Positions 11,075 to 24,639 are shown, counted from the first letter of the stretch. The stretch is DNA of 64,000 bases from Torpedo marmorata (GCA_977017645.1 OZ360243.1:35216001-35280000); one strand, 5' to 3'. Notes: generated by a model not told the origin, from the letters alone. Made by a program: numbers and translations.

Positions 11075-11654
11075 CTACATCAGAGTGACTGGGCGCAGAC
11101 TGGGAGATCGCTTTGTTGAGCGCCTCGGCTTTGTCTGCTGCAATAGCGTGGATCTCCCAATGGCCACCCATTTCAATTCCCTATGCCATTCACTTGCTGA
11201 CATGTCTATCCATGATCTCATGCACTGCCAGACTGAGACCACCTGCAAATTGGAGGAACAACACCTCATCTTCTGACTGGGCACCCTCCAACCGGATGGC
11301 ATTAATATCGACTTCTCTGTGTTTCGTTAAACCACCCCCCCCCTCCTCACTTCTTCCTCTGTCACCTTCCCCATCTCTGTTTCTCTCCCTTTTCCCTGTC
11401 TCCCCTTATCATATCCAATTAACACCTTTTGTGGGTCTGGAATCCTCCCCCAGCCAGCATTGTCTCTATTGTAAGATTTCCTGTTTTATGCTTATTCTGC
11501 TTATTCTTTGCTTATTACCTGAAGAAGGGTGCAGGCCCAAACGTCGGCAATATGTCTTTCTCTCCTATGGATGCTGAAAGAGCGTCTGAGTTCCTCCAGC
11601 ATTTCGGTGTGTTTTTAACTACAATCACAGCGTCTGCACACTTCTGTGTTTCAC
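11075..11654 (+). mobile_element. Penelope-like element 3' part (GIY-YIG endonuclease remnant and pLTR)
   Basis: YIRVTGRRLGDRFVERL...PMATHFNS...KLEEQHLIF; similar to 45604-46251. Confidence 0.88.
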
Positions 11655-12049
11655 ACAGACGTCAATAAGGAAATATCTCTGCAATAGGATGGATGTAACA
11701 TTTCCAAACTGGTGACCAGGAGTGTTGCAACCATTGGTAGCAGCAGAATTCCACCACAGACTGTTATTATCTCCCCATCAAGCTCAGGCACCAACCTGGA
11801 TTCAATGAGCAACAAGGAGTGTTGAGGTGCACATTAAGAACAACATGAGAGGTACCCAAACATGGATTCCAAATGTGAAGAAGCTAGTCACGTGGCTCTG
11901 CATATTGGTGATGATGGCATCATGTGAAGGTAACTGAAACAATATCCTGAAACCATAATCACCATCTTATCCCTTACTTACAATGATTTAGCCATTTGGA
12001 TCCGTGCCCTGGGGAGCAAAGCCATTTGTCAACTTCTCCTTCTCCTTAT

Positions 12050-12320
12050 TTCCCTGTATCTCTACAACATATCCTTCGTCACATATGCTACCCTTTGATT
12101 CATTTTGCCATTTACTTACACTAAGAGGTGGCTTGCAGTGGCTAGTTCACCCATCGGCATGTCTTTGGGATGAGGGAGGAAATGGAAGCAGCCAGAGGAA
12201 ATTGCATCATCACGGAGAGAGAGTGCAAACTCTGCATAGCCAGGCGTGAGGTCTATCCAGGGACAGAACCCACATCTTTGAAGCTCTGAAGCAGAAGCAC
12301 TAACTGCTCTACCACCACTC
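12050..12320 (-). mobile_element. Degenerate tRNA-derived V-SINE (HE1-like)
   Basis: GGGAGGAAATGGAAGCAGCCAGAGGAAA..CACGGAGAGAGAGTGCAAACTC resembles the central domain at 19553-19612. Confidence 0.6.
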
Positions 12321-12504
12321 CTGTCAAGCTTTCCCCACCTGTTCTGCCAAATGGATGTGATTGTGTGGTGCTCTGTCAGGAATGCCAGATTTTGTTCCAT
12401 GGGAAGTTGGTTTACATTTTTGTCGAGGAAATTTCTGCAGGTTTGAAAACGTATCTCTTTTCTTCCATCTCCCTCTTCTGTCTCTTTGATGCATGTGGTG
12501 GATC

Positions 12505-12771
12505 AGAAAGGGGAAAAGTTTAGGAGGAACGTGAGGGGGAACTTCTTCACACAGAGAGTGGTGGGAGTGTAGAACGAGCTGCCAGCTGAGGTGGTGAATG
12601 TGGGCTCAATTTCAACATTTAAAAAGAATTTGGACAGGTACATGAATGGGAGAGGTATGGAGGGCTATGGACTGGGTGCAGGTCCATGGGACTAGGCAAA
12701 AAAAAATGGTTCGGCACAGACTAGGAGGGCCGATGGGGCCTGTTTCTGTGCTGTAGTGTTCTATGGTTCTA
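12505..12771 (+). mobile_element. CR1 3' end fragment
   Basis: Similar to 10840-11077; ends CTATGGTTCTA. Confidence 0.88.
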
Positions 12772-12859
12772 TTGAGGTCTCTAGCTCAGGTTGACTGCCA
12801 GGTAATTTAAGCGTCCACTTTGTAACGTCCCTCTAATAAATATTCTCATTTTTCTCAAT

Positions 12860-13100
12860 GTAGTTGAGAGTTCAGTTCCTGATATGATAACATGGGAATT
12901 TAAAATTAAGTTATAATGTAAACCTGGAATTAAAAGAAAGCATTTATTGCATAATGGTGACCTTGAAACTACTGGATTGTCATTATAAAATCCGTTTGAT
13001 TCTTTAATACCCTTCAGGAAAGGAAATTTGCCTTCATTACTGGTCAGACCTAAATGTGATCCCAGAACTGTAAAGTTGTGGTTGATCCCAAAATGGCCTC
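12860..13100 (+). mobile_element. Degenerate Deu-domain SINE (SacSINE1-like)
   Basis: ATGGTGACCTTGAAACTACTGGATTGTC...CCCTTCAGGAAAGGAAATTTGCC...TGTGGTTGA resembles the shark Deu-SINE core as I recall it. Confidence 0.6.
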
Positions 13101-13118
13101 ATAACCCACTTTATTTTG

Positions 13119-13307
13119 TTTTGTTTTGATTTTTAAAAAAATATTTTATTTAAAATTTTAAATCACAAAATACATAAGGTAAAATATAAAATTATCAAAA
13201 TACATGTGATACATTTTCACCCCCCCCTTCTCCCTCCCCTCCCTAACCCTCCGACCCCTTCTAATCTAATAAAAATAAAAAGAAAGAAAGAAAGAAAAAT
13301 ATAGTAT
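13119..13307 (-). mobile_element. L1 3' UTR fragment
   Basis: Matches 5030-5215; 17-bp TSD TAACCCACTTTATTTTG at 13102-13118 and 13308-13324. Confidence 0.92.
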
Positions 13308-14725
13308 TAACCCACTTTATTTTGAAGGTAAATAGTGCTGCCCTAATTATTGATATGGTCAAATAGATAATAAAGAAGCACTGAAAAAGTCAAGGGAAAG
13401 GGGTGAGGATGATTGAGGTGACAGCTGGCAAATTCTTTCAAAGGTGGATGGTCCCTTCTGCAAAATCACTGCTCAAGTGATGTAGGTGACATTGTGTGAG
13501 CGCAAATTGGATTGATTTTAAACTTTAATTGTAAATAATCCTAAAAGGATTACAAGCATCATCATCCCGAGAGTGCCATGTTATTCTCCGTTCAGTTGCT
13601 AGATGGCAATGTATGACTGAAAGAAATCCAGAAACAAAAGACAGCAGGATGAACTTGGAAAATTGCCGTACTTAACACATTATTGTCAGAGCTCCAACTG
13701 CACTTTCTAGCATCTTACTCTGGAAAATATGACATTTGACTTTTTTTTAAATTTCTGAATGATATAAAAGTCTAGACCTTGTATTGAAAATCTCAAACCA
13801 AACATTGGCACAATAATAAGAAATGAATGTCATGATGAATAATTTTCACCCTTTTGTTTGGATAGCAAGACACAAAACCCCTTCTATTTTTGGAGTGAAT
13901 GTGTGATGATTGTTCTTATTTATCTTATGCTCTGCTTTTAATTTACAGTCAAATTATTTTAGGTTGCATGTAATGGCAATGCTAAAGGCAGCCAGAATAG
14001 ATAATAATAATTGAATACTTTTACTGTCAATCAAATTTCACTGTGACAATTGAATCATATTCATTGAATTGTCACAATTTATCCATAACCTTGCTCGACT
14101 CACTGTAGTTTTTGCAGTTATCTTTCTTTAACTGAGCGAAGACACAATCCTTTTTCTTGATCTTTAAACAGATTGTTTGCACAGTAAAATGAGGTTGTTT
14201 GCCATCCACTACCTGTGGTCAATAAATAACCTGAACATTATAATGTACACAGCCCCACATTAAAATATAACCAAACATTTTACAGCACTGAAACAGATCA
14301 CGGCCCAAATAGTGTGTGCTCCACTTCAGGATTTTTATGAGGGAGATTTAGAATGTAAGTTTTAAAGTAGTAACCAAAATAGTATAGTAGAGAATATTCC
14401 ATGGTATGTTTTGATAATTCAGCAAAGTTAAAGCTGATTATGAAGAACAACAACAACTCCATATTTGGCTAAGTAAACAACTATTAACCATTGAGTAAGG
14501 AACACGACCCTGATTTACGAATCCCACGAGAATTCTAAGAAGCGTGTACTTATATGGAAAAGTCTGTTCGAATGTTTTGGAAAACTGGAAATTTATCTGT
14601 ACAAATATCCAACCTGTGAGCCATGAGGCAGACTCTCTTGGGGTGAGGCCAGCTGCTTGTGGCAGTGCTTCTTGCTGTAACGGAGTTCTCACGCTTTGCA
14701 ATGTGATTAATTTTTTTTTTTGCAG

Positions 14726-14779
14726 TTGTTTTTATCAAGCAACCTCAGGTCCACTTTAACAAGATGAGTATTTCTAGAG
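14726..14779 (+). other. Candidate 54-bp internal exon
   Basis: T11-GCAG acceptor and GAG|GTGAGC donor; one open frame (xVFIKQPQVHFNKMSISR); product not recognised. Confidence 0.35.
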
Positions 14780-16560
14780 GTGAGCAGGATGGAACAAAGG
14801 CAAGCATGAAATCCCAAAATGAAAGGACAAACATGAAATTGTTTTAAATTACAGGCAGCTCTGTTTCTAATTGGACGTGGTTTCTTAATTAAAAGAAAAT
14901 CTTGGGTACTGCTTGTTAGGAGAAGCTGAAAACAAAGGCTGAATTTTGCAACTGGTATTCTTGGTTGGGAATAATAATCTTCTTTTGTCAAATAGAGTTG
15001 CATGCACATTTAACTGACAAGGAAATTGTGAATTCTTGTCTTAGAAATAATGCAAGTCTTGATGTATTGTATTCTGCCCAAAGGAGGAATTGTCATCTGA
15101 TGCACATTAAAAAAATAAAATAAATTACTTGACACAAGCACAAATTATGGTTAAGGACTATGGAATGAATTTCATATCAGGAACAGTGTATTGGGAGAAC
15201 CTTCTTGCTTGTGCCTCTGTTTGAATTAGTATGCTGATGGGGCAACTGGAGCAGTAGCATAGAGTTGGTGCGTTGCTATGTGCAGTATCGTTAAGCACAC
15301 TGTCAATTGCCAAGTCACACAATCAGAATCTCAATTGAAATATGAAAAGCAGGAGGATTTATTTTCTTGCATCACTAGTGCTGCTCATAAATTTGATTCT
15401 GGAACACTCAGTTCATATGCATTGCAGAAATTTCACAAGGGTTCATTTGTTTAAATTCATAAAAATCCTTTGAGTAAAGCTTTCAATGAACTTTTCTCTG
15501 TATATTTGATCAGCTTGCAGTTCGAAAGAGATGCTGTGGGCACCTGGAATTCCCATGAAGGCATGGAGACCTTAGTTTTTTGATCGTGCAAACCTATCCT
15601 GCTGTTTCTGTGATCGTCCAATGATATCGTTAAATAATGAGAAATATAGAAGGGAGTAAAGTTACTGAAGGGAAATTATGATTTTCACCGTGGTTGGACT
15701 TCAAGAGTGGGCAGACACCACCATGATCAAAATGCCTTGCAACATTCGACTTCATACCAACTTCAGTATCAATACAAATAGAGAAATGTGAACTTTAACC
15801 TGTTCCTATTTTTTGGTTAAACTATTGAAACAGTCATTGAGATATCTCAGTAGAGGGAAAAGTTAAAAGTAACATTGGCTTTTTCAAAATCTTGCATTAA
15901 AAATATAGCCACCAATTTCAGAACCAGTGAATAGATCTTTGCATATGCTCAATGGCACACAGGCCCAGAACCTCACTTTTCATGACTACAAGATATCGAC
16001 ACTGCCTTGTCCCAGTATATTCACAGTAAACCTTTTTGCTTTAAACCAATGAATTCATTTTGCACCAATTCAATACATGGCATACTTGTCTGCCCTTTGT
16101 ATCCAGAGTCAGATATGGACTGACACTGAAGCAAAGGACATGGAGGCTCCAAGGGTCAGACAATCCCATTTATCTTCTTTTCAGAGTCAGCTCATGTTTT
16201 TAACTCCAGCATCATACTTCACAAACATAGTGTGGTGCAAGCACTGAAACAACTTTGTTTTGACACTTCCTGTACAGCATGAAGCAGTGTTGATGCCAGC
16301 CCAATAACATGTACATGCGTAATCTCAGGTCCTTAACCTAATGTATATATCAACTTGTCAGCATTTTACAAGAAATATCCATTTATTTTTGGTCTGGAGT
16401 AGGAGGTGGTCAGTTTCAACCAGTCAGATTGGTTGATGGTCGATCTGAACACTAATAGAAATAATGAATCATATGTTTACTTACCTCACGCGCGCACAAT
16501 TTAGAGCAGATAGGTTTTCAAGTGAGCTGATGGTTTTTGAGATTTTTCAGTCACTTAATA

Positions 16561-16928
16561 CAGTAAAACCCCTGGTATTAGGAATTCAAGAAACCTTGGG
16601 GGGGGGGGTAATTATTTATAATGTTATTGTTCGTCTTTCGGACGGCTCCATGGAGGAGGAGGAACCTGCAGATGCAGCGATGGTTAAATGTTATCAAAGA
16701 ATGTGACTGAAAATAAAGTAAAATGCTTTAAGGTTTATATATTCATGCAAGTGAAGTTTGTTCAGTTTAAGTACAGTTCAGTATTTTTGTCTTTTGTATT
16801 TTAAACTGTTTATTCTTCATGCAGGTGTATTAGTTAGGCATTGTAAGAGTAAGTTTCAAACAACCGTAAAATACACTTATCTGGCATTTACCAATCCCCA
16901 TAGGTACCGGATACCAGGGGTTTTACTG
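16561..16928. mobile_element. Tc1/mariner-pogo-type MITE
   Basis: TIR CAGTAAAACCCCTGGTAT / ATACCAGGGGTTTTACTG; TA on the left, CA on the right; same family as 25708-25929. Confidence 0.85.
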
Positions 16929-17264
16929 CATTTGACACCAGGAATGTTGCTCATTGAGATTTAATCTGATACCATTTCATTTTAAGTATTTCATATTGTG
17001 CTATAAGATTGGCTGTTTTGGAACATCCTGTCACAGTCCTTACTAAATTATCAATGATTGGATATAAAACAGAGAATACCTTGGAAGAAACATATAATTT
17101 TTGAAATTGCACTGAGATTCTAATGCTTTGGACTTTACTGACTTAATATTTGTCCTGAACAGTTGCCCTGAATGTGGGTGATTTGTTGTGTCTGTTATAT
17201 TTTGTACCTTTCTGACAGTGGTTTGCAGTTATATATTTGCTCTAGTGGTCCCTTTGTTCAATAT

Positions 17265-17597
17265 CGACATTTAAGAGAAGATTGGATATGTACATGAACG
17301 GGAGGGGTAAGGAGGGCTATGGTCTGGGTGCAGGTCGATGGGACTAGGCGGAGTAATAATTCAGCAGGGATGAGATGGGTCGAAAGGCCTGCTTCTGCAC
17401 TGTAGTGTTCTATGGTTCTATGTACAAGGCAACTTTTTTTTTACACAAGGTCTGGTTCCTGGAATGCACTGCTGGAAGCAGATACGAGAGTGGCTTTGAG
17501 ACAGGCACATGAACATGGAGAGATATGGAATCATGTGCAGGCAGATAGGACTGGGAGGCTGAAGGGCCTGTTCCTGTGTGGTACTGTTCCATGTTTA
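17265..17597 (+). mobile_element. Two adjacent CR1 3' end fragments
   Basis: First ends CTGTAGTGTTCTATGGTTCTATG at 17422; second, more diverged, ends GTACTGTTCCATGTT. Confidence 0.75.
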
Positions 17598-19449
17598 AAG
17601 GCAGGACAGTTCCAAGCACCTGCATTTCTCTTCTTTCCACGCTTTTAGCTTTGAAGCTTGAAATGCAATGTGCATTGTGTATTATTTCTAGTACAAGAAC
17701 ATACCTTTTTTTGAGAGAATTGAGAATGCAAATATGTCATGGACAACTGCTGGTAGTAACAGCAGATAAGTAATGAGCACGCTAGACTGACATTAATGAA
17801 GGCCATTAAACCATTTATATCAAAATGTTAAAAATAGCAGAAAGAAGAATGCTGTTATCACCAACAGTAATTACAAGCTCTATGTTAGAAAACATTTGAA
17901 ATGCACAGGCTGATCAGTTTCTGAGAGAGGGGTAAAATACAGGTTAATGTTTGGCTGTGAATCCTTCAGGTTGTGTTGGAATGATATTGACTTGCCCTTG
18001 TCCCTTCAGAAGCTACTTATACATACAAGTTATTCATTTAAAATAGTTAAATCAGCATGCTCTAAATTCATGTAATCCTGCGCCTGACTGAGCTTCCATG
18101 GGGTTAGGGACAGAGACAGATGTGGTGAGTCACTTCAGTTTTATTCATACAGAGAGCTTTGCTGCTCAGGATTATTGTCAATACATGGTGTAAAGTATTT
18201 TATTTTTGCAAATTAACACTGAACACCTTGTGTTAGATTCCCGAAACAAATTTCACTTGCATTATTTTAAATATTTGAAATCCACTGTTAATTTGAATTG
18301 AAAGGAAGCATTACAGACATCATCAAATGCAGAGATTGCAGCACAATTAGGTCTGTTCCCAAACTGCTGCGTCCTTAAGCAATCACACCAATCAGCAAGT
18401 TCTAAATCTGCCGTTTCTCTGCATAATTATTGTCTTTCCTCCTGTGTTCTCTGCATTGGAATGTTAGGGATGTACAATCACAGGTTAAGTTAGATACAAA
18501 CTCAACCAATCTTGGACAGTTATGAGAATAGTAAGATGAGGATGGGGGTTGGGCAGGATGGTGGGGGTTTGAGGAATTGGTTAAATATTTACAAATGGGG
18601 AAACCCCACTCCAAGTTACCGCATGTCAACTTTGGCTAAAATTGTCGTGGGTAAGGGATTTTCAGGAGTTGGCAGGTGCAAAACCTCCTCTTGAGATGCA
18701 TGCTAGTAATCAATATGAGGTAGTTTTTGACAATTTCTTGCAGTAATTTGGATTGCCAAGATTGCAGTATATTTGACAAATAAAGAGAGGCAAGATTGAG
18801 CAGGGTAATTGCATATCAGGACATAGCATGTGGGTCAGGAGGTTCAGGAAAGGTGATATCCCAGCCCAGCTGGAAACATTAACTTATTACACTCTGCAAT
18901 CTGAAGGCAGTCTCCTTAAATTTCAATCTATATGCAATCCCTCAGCCTACAGCTTCCCCTTACCTCCCCACTCCGAGGTCTCTCCTCTGGGGATGTCTCA
19001 TCATTGGGATCACCCAACCCAAGTCCAGAATCTCCTCCCTTTTTTGACCCACAGATGTAGCCCTTCATATCGGCTTTTTTCCACCTGGGAGATAACTTCT
19101 CAATCTGGCCCGATGTTGTGAGGAAAATGGTGGGAAAAAAATGTGGTTAAAACCTTTCATCAAAATTCAGCAGGATTTCTGTGTTCCTGCGATTTTGCAG
19201 ACATTAACATTAGCTTGTGTTCCTCTTAAATTCCAAGAAAACATCAGGAACATTATATTTTTAATTTCCTACCAAGTATTGAAAGTTTTCAGATTGGACA
19301 TCCAGTACAGATTACAGTGGAAGTGAAACCACGTGCCTTCCACAACGGGATGTATATTGAAAATCCACTGATACCTCACAACACCTAGATATGGTGCTTC
19401 TATGCCTGTTAATACTCATAGGTCTGCAATAGGAATTTGAAATAATTAT

Positions 19450-19668
19450 TAAAAATTTAGACATACAGCACGGTAACAGGCCCTTCTGGCCCACGAGCCT
19501 GTGCCGCCCAACTATACCCATTAACTTGCAACCCCCGTACGTTTTGAAGGGTGGGAGGAAACCGGAGCACCCGGAGGAAACCCACGCAGACACGGGGAGA
19601 ACGTACAAACTCCTGACAGACAGCACGGGATTCAAACCCGGGTCACTGGCGCTGTAACAGCATTGCAT
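19450..19668 (-). mobile_element. tRNA-derived V-SINE (HE1-like)
   Basis: Central domain GGAGGAAACCGGAGCACCCGGAGGAAACCCACGCAGACACGGGGAGAACGTACAAACTCC; B-box-like GGTTTGAATCCC on the minus strand; CR1-like tail. Confidence 0.88.
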
Positions 19669-22524
19669 CTGTGAACTTGTTCCAATTTTCTATATTGATC
19701 CATGGAGTAAATGTAATAAAATAGTATGATGAGCCTTTCGATTTAAATTCTCAGTACAGTACTGAAATGTTCTACATATAGTGACAAATGTTAATTCTCC
19801 ATCACTTTAATTGCCCATCCTGTTCCCGCGAACCTCCATTTTAACCTCCTACACAGTTTCAGTGACCTTGAGGTGCAACACCCCCTCTTTTGGCAAATGC
19901 TTCTTGTGTCTTCCAAATTCAGCTATGAATTCAATTGTCTCAGACAATCAGTCATTTCAACTGGGCATCTCACATTTTCAGCATTCAATTACTTTTCTCT
20001 TTTCATTTGCCTCTTCCCACCCACTCCACTCCCCAACATAACTTCTGCTCTTCACTTGTGTTTATCCCTCTCTTTCAGCTGGCACCACCACCGCTTTCCT
20101 GGTCTCCACCTAATCACTGACCTTCCCTTTTGTTTTTATGCCCCTCCTCTATATTTTCCCTGATTTAAGACTCCTTATTCCATTCTGTTGCAAGATTAAC
20201 CCCATTTCTTTGTCCTCAGATGTTGCATTTTGTTGCAGAAAAATGGCTCTATTATTTCTAAATTTGTCTTTTATTCATGAATTGTCAGGTTTATGTTTCA
20301 AGTTTGGCGTTTATTTTAAATCTTTGGGTCAAACCAGAGGCACACTGTCTGAGAGCCAGAACAAGATAACAGATAAATTCTGAAAAGGTTAAGCAGTTTT
20401 AAACAGAGTTCACAACAACATTTAAACAGTTCTGTTGTGTACTGGAATCTAACTCCACGTTGCCTGTCCAACTCTCTTTGGATTTCCTCTTCCTGAGCTG
20501 CACCAGGGTCACTTAGAGTTTGCACAATTAATCCAAAATATTATGGTAAAATGCTTCATGTTCAATCTTATCAACGTGATATAAAGCATTTTTAGTGACC
20601 CAATTCCAACATTGTAGTAGAATGAAGGTAAATAAGATGAAGTTCAGCTCAGTGGCAGTTCCTTTCTGATTACACCTAATAATAATTGTCAATTGGTTTG
20701 CAGTTTCCTGTAAAACAATCGATTAGACGAGGGTTGTTTGAGTCCTTTTGACAGAGATTATTTTTCAGAGTCTCGGATGTGAGAATAGAGAGAGTTGCTG
20801 GGCCTTATTTATTCTTGTCCTTTCCTGAAAGTTTTGCAATGGTGTGTGGCCAACATGGCAGTGCTGAGTCAGTTCAGTTAATGAGGCAGCATCTGGGGAG
20901 AGAGATAAGCCTTCATCAGAATTGGATAAGTAAGAAAACAAGTTTGATTTAAGTTGCAGAAAGGGACAGGGGTGGGGAGAACTGAAAGAATATCTTTGGA
21001 ACTCTGAAGACTAACATTGTTCATGTGACACCAATGCTTTAGGTGCCATCTTAGAGAAGGAATTGACTTCTTGCTGAGTTCAAACAGTTTCTGCAAGAAC
21101 TAAGTGATAGGAATAGTATTCTTATAAGCAAGAGTGCTGTGGAAAGAGAAATGTGTTCTTCCTGCATTCTGGAGGAAGTCAGGAAACATCAAATCCTTCA
21201 TGCTCTGGCTTTCATGGAGAATTAATCCACAGACATGCACAAGAGGACCTACTTACCATGACACCCATGCAGAAACCTGTGTTGGATGCCGTGCCGTCTT
21301 AACCGAGGGGTGTGCATTGGTCTGCTACTCCTTTATAATTGTTATCAGTAAACAATATCTTGGGAGCTGCTTCTAATTAGCTAATGTTACTTTAATTGAA
21401 CTGGGCAATAGTTACAATGGCTGATGGAGAAAACTCATTGTGAATATGGGCTTTCTCTTATAAGCCTGAATAAGCAGAACTTTCCTCTTGCGGCATGCTC
21501 AGAGTACTTTCTGTATATCATATAGACTTCATTTACATTTTACTGAGCACATTTTTACCATTAAACCCAATTGGTTAAAATGTGTCTCATTTAAACATCA
21601 GCTGACGTGGCAATTAAACAATTAATTCAGCAATATGTCCCTCACCTTCATTGCAGAAGGTATCACTGGATCATACTATACTATTCATTTCAATATTTCC
21701 TACTCAAATGCCTCTCACTGCTCTGACACTGATTTACTTGTTAAAGAGCTTATCCCAGTCCACATCTCCTAAATCATGTCCCAGTCCAATAAAAGTGGTC
21801 ACCCCAATTTAGATAATTTCCCCCCTTGTTTATCTTTGTCCATTTCCATAGCTCACTGAGTTATATCACTTTCAGTCAAGATTGCCCGCCACTGTTAAAC
21901 AGTCAAGCATTCCAGGTTAATTTGATGAAACTGCATCCACATCGATGACTCCTCTTCCTCAGCTCTCTTAACTCCTATCCAAAAGTCTAGCACGATTCAG
22001 CTCGATGTGTATTAATTTTAAATTGCATCCAAGAAGATCTGTGAGAATTCTGCATTCTCAATGATTTTCAAACATTATTTCTGCCCCAGTTATCCCCAAT
22101 AATCACTGTCCCTTTTATGCTTTTCAAAAACTTGCTGCCATATTTGTTCTTTCTCCTTTTATTTGTGAGTACTCTCCCAAGAGTGTAATTATGCCTCTTT
22201 TGTTCTTCTATTGCCCATTTGTTAAGCTTTCCAGCACATCATCCCTCCTCACTGTATTATTTCTGTGCAATTGCACCATTTAGAACTGAGTTTGTCATGT
22301 ATGATTTTAGAAACTTTGATGCAGCGATTATTGGCTTCAATACAAAATGTTCTGTCGTTGGTTTTCCTCTGTATTTGTCTCTGCGAGCAGCAACACTAAT
22401 CAACCTACAGTCTGGACTCAGAGGGCCAACTGTTTCCTTAACTTGTATTACTGACTAATCTTTCTTGCCTTTTTCTCTTCTGTAAACTGTGTGACCAGGA
22501 TTATGGAGCTGCCATTACCGTCTA

Positions 22525-23107
22525 CAGTTGTCCCCCCTTATCCGCGGTTTCACTTTCCACGGTTTCAGTTACCCACGGTCAACCGCGGTCCGACTGACCC
22601 ACTCTCTACCCACATCCTTGTATCAGTCCCAACTAATCCCACTGCCCCGTGCTCTCCCCACAGCTCTGTATCAGTCCCCACACTGATCCCACTGCCCCAC
22701 TCTCTCCCCACAGCCCCGTGTCAGTCCCCACACTGATCCCACTGCCCCGCTCTCTGCCCACAGCTCCGTATCGGTCCCCACACTGATCCCACTGCCCCGC
22801 TCTCTCCCCACAGCCCCGTGTCGGTCCCCACACTGATCCCACTGCCCCACTCTCTGCCCACAGCCCCGTGTCGGTCCCCACACTGATCCCTACTTACAAA
22901 TAAAAAGTTTACAGGTACACTACAGTATCCCATATAGCTTTGCTAAGTATATAATATGGTGTTCGCACAACATCCACATGTCATAACGCCCAATTTCACA
23001 GAACGTATTGTGGCCGTTAAGCAGCATACGGTTCGGTACTATCCACAGTTTCAGGCAGCCGCTGGGGGTCTTGGAACATATCCCCTGCGGATAAGGGGGG
23101 ACTACTG
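22525..23107. mobile_element. Tigger/pogo-type MITE carrying a minisatellite
   Basis: TA-flanked TIR CAGTTGTCCCCCCTTATCCGC / GCGGATAAGGGGGGACTACTG. Confidence 0.88.
22591..22890. repeat. 50-bp GC-rich minisatellite, about 5 full copies plus partial ones
   Basis: CACTGATCCCACTGCCCC..TCTCT.CCCACAGC.CCGT.TC.GTCCCCA recurs at 22681, 22731, 22781 and 22831, with a variant copy at 22631. Confidence 0.95.
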
Positions 23108-23183
23108 TAGTTTTAAGCCATATTTCAGTAATGGCGATAATATACTCCCACCTATCTATCTTTGTCCTCAGTTCATCAGTTTT

Positions 23184-23830
23184 AGTCAAGTCAAGTTAAG
23201 TTTATTGTCATCTGATTGCACAAGTACAACCCGACAAAACATTGTTCTCCGGTCCTCGGTACAAAACATGCAGACACACAAACAAACATAACACACATAC
23301 AGACAGACAATAAATAATGTGGACTAGTATTTATATATACAAATAAATACATATTGTTTCGTAAATATGAGAGTCTCGGATGGTTAGTGTGAGCATTTCC
23401 TTTGGTCGTTCAGCATTCTCACTGCCCGTGGGAAGAAGCTGTTTCACAGCCTGGTGGTGCTGGCTCTGATACTCCTGTATCTCTTTCTTGATGGGAGCAG
23501 CTGAAAGATGCTCCGTGCGGGGTGGAAGGGGTCCTCAATGATTTTGCGCGCCTTCTTCAGACAACGATCCCGGTAGATCACGTCGATGGTGGGGAGGGAG
23601 ACTCCAGTGATCCTCTCTGCCACTCTTATGGTCCTGTGGATTGACCACCGATCCATTTCTCTGTAGCAACGTACCATAGTGTGATGCAACCGACTAGGAC
23701 GCTCTCGATAGAGCTCCTGTAGAAGGTTGACATGATGATGACTGGTAGCGTTGCCCACTTCAGTCTTCTCAGGAAGTGCAGTCACTGTTGCGCCTTCCTG
23801 ACAAGTGAGATGTGTGTCCACGATAGGACA
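23184..23830 (-). mobile_element. Rex1/Babar-type LINE 3' part, (CTTGA)n-tail subfamily
   Basis: ORF 23444-23821 ...RCLKKARKIIEDPFHPARSIFQLLPSRKRYRSIRASTTRL; similar to 47818-48910. Confidence 0.88.
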
Positions 23831-23875
23831 CTATTGTGCTATTTATTTGCTATACTGCTGGCATTAAAACATATA

Positions 23876-24639
23876 CAGGTGTGTGCCGCTTAACGTCCAA
23901 TCGGGCAATGTCTGACCGCATATACATCCGTCGTCCGTGGTCCGATAGGGTTATAATGGAGTTCAGTCAGAAATCCCGATCAGAGAACGCGAGAATGGGA
24001 CGTAGCTGACATAACCGGAACTGAAGAAGAGGCAAGGGAAAAGGAAACTGCAGAAGGAGAAGAAGAACAGGTGCAGAAGAGGTTCAATGTTAAGGGGTTA
24101 GCCAAATTCTTTGCAGACCTTAACAGCTTGCTGAAAAGTGCTGAAGTGATGGACCCAAACACTGAACACTTTTCACCGATAGAGAGGAATGCTCATGCAG
24201 TGCTTGCTGCATATAAAGAAATTTATGAAGAAAAGAAAAAGCAAACTAGGCAAACAACACTGGACATATTCCTGAAGAAGCCAACACCTCCCCAAGAAGA
24301 GTCTCAGCCAGGTCCTTCAGGCATAACAGAGTGACAGTTCATCAATGGAGGTTATTCGACCTGAAACGCTTCCAGTGGAACACTATGAGGAAGTTGAGAA
24401 CAGTGATGTGGATGATCCTGATCCTCTTTGTTAAATTGTGTGTGATATTGGCTAATAAAGTGTTTACATAAAAGTTAAAAAGTGAAAAATAATTAAACTG
24501 TTTAATTTATCATAAGTTCAGTATCCCATATAGTTTTGCTAAGTATATACCTCCAGTAATATGGTGCTTGCACAACATCCACATCGCATAACGCCCAGTT
24601 TCACAGAACGTATCGTGGACGTTAAGCGGCGCGTACCTG
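23876..24639 (+). mobile_element. Internally deleted Tigger-type DNA transposon
   Basis: TA-flanked TIR CAGGTGTGTGCCGCTTAACGTCC / GGACGTTAAGCGGCGCGTACCTG; ORF 24071-24334 resembles a Tigger transposase C-terminus (MDPNTE..YKEIYEEKKK..QTTLDIFLKK). Confidence 0.85.

Larger units (their letters stand above)
8660..11077 (+). mobile_element. 5'-truncated CR1 LINE ORF2, decayed
   Basis: ORFs 8783-9274 (NPKGFYKY), 9366-9632 (SQHGFVRGRSCLTNL, YMDFSEAFDKVPH), 10524-10814 (LVRPNLEYCVQFW, RRRMRGDLIEVYKI); ends in CTATGGTTCTA tail. Confidence 0.95.

Noticed and set aside
16476-16500. Perfect minus-strand donor GAG|GTAAGT beside CGCGCGC
   Set aside because: No upstream acceptor with a pyrimidine tract and no promoter context
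19610-19668. tRNA-like B-box sequence (also near 41930-41990)
   Set aside because: SINE head, not a complete tRNA cloverleaf
22633-22933. Three overlapping repetitive ORFs
   Set aside because: Translation artefacts of the 50-bp minisatellite
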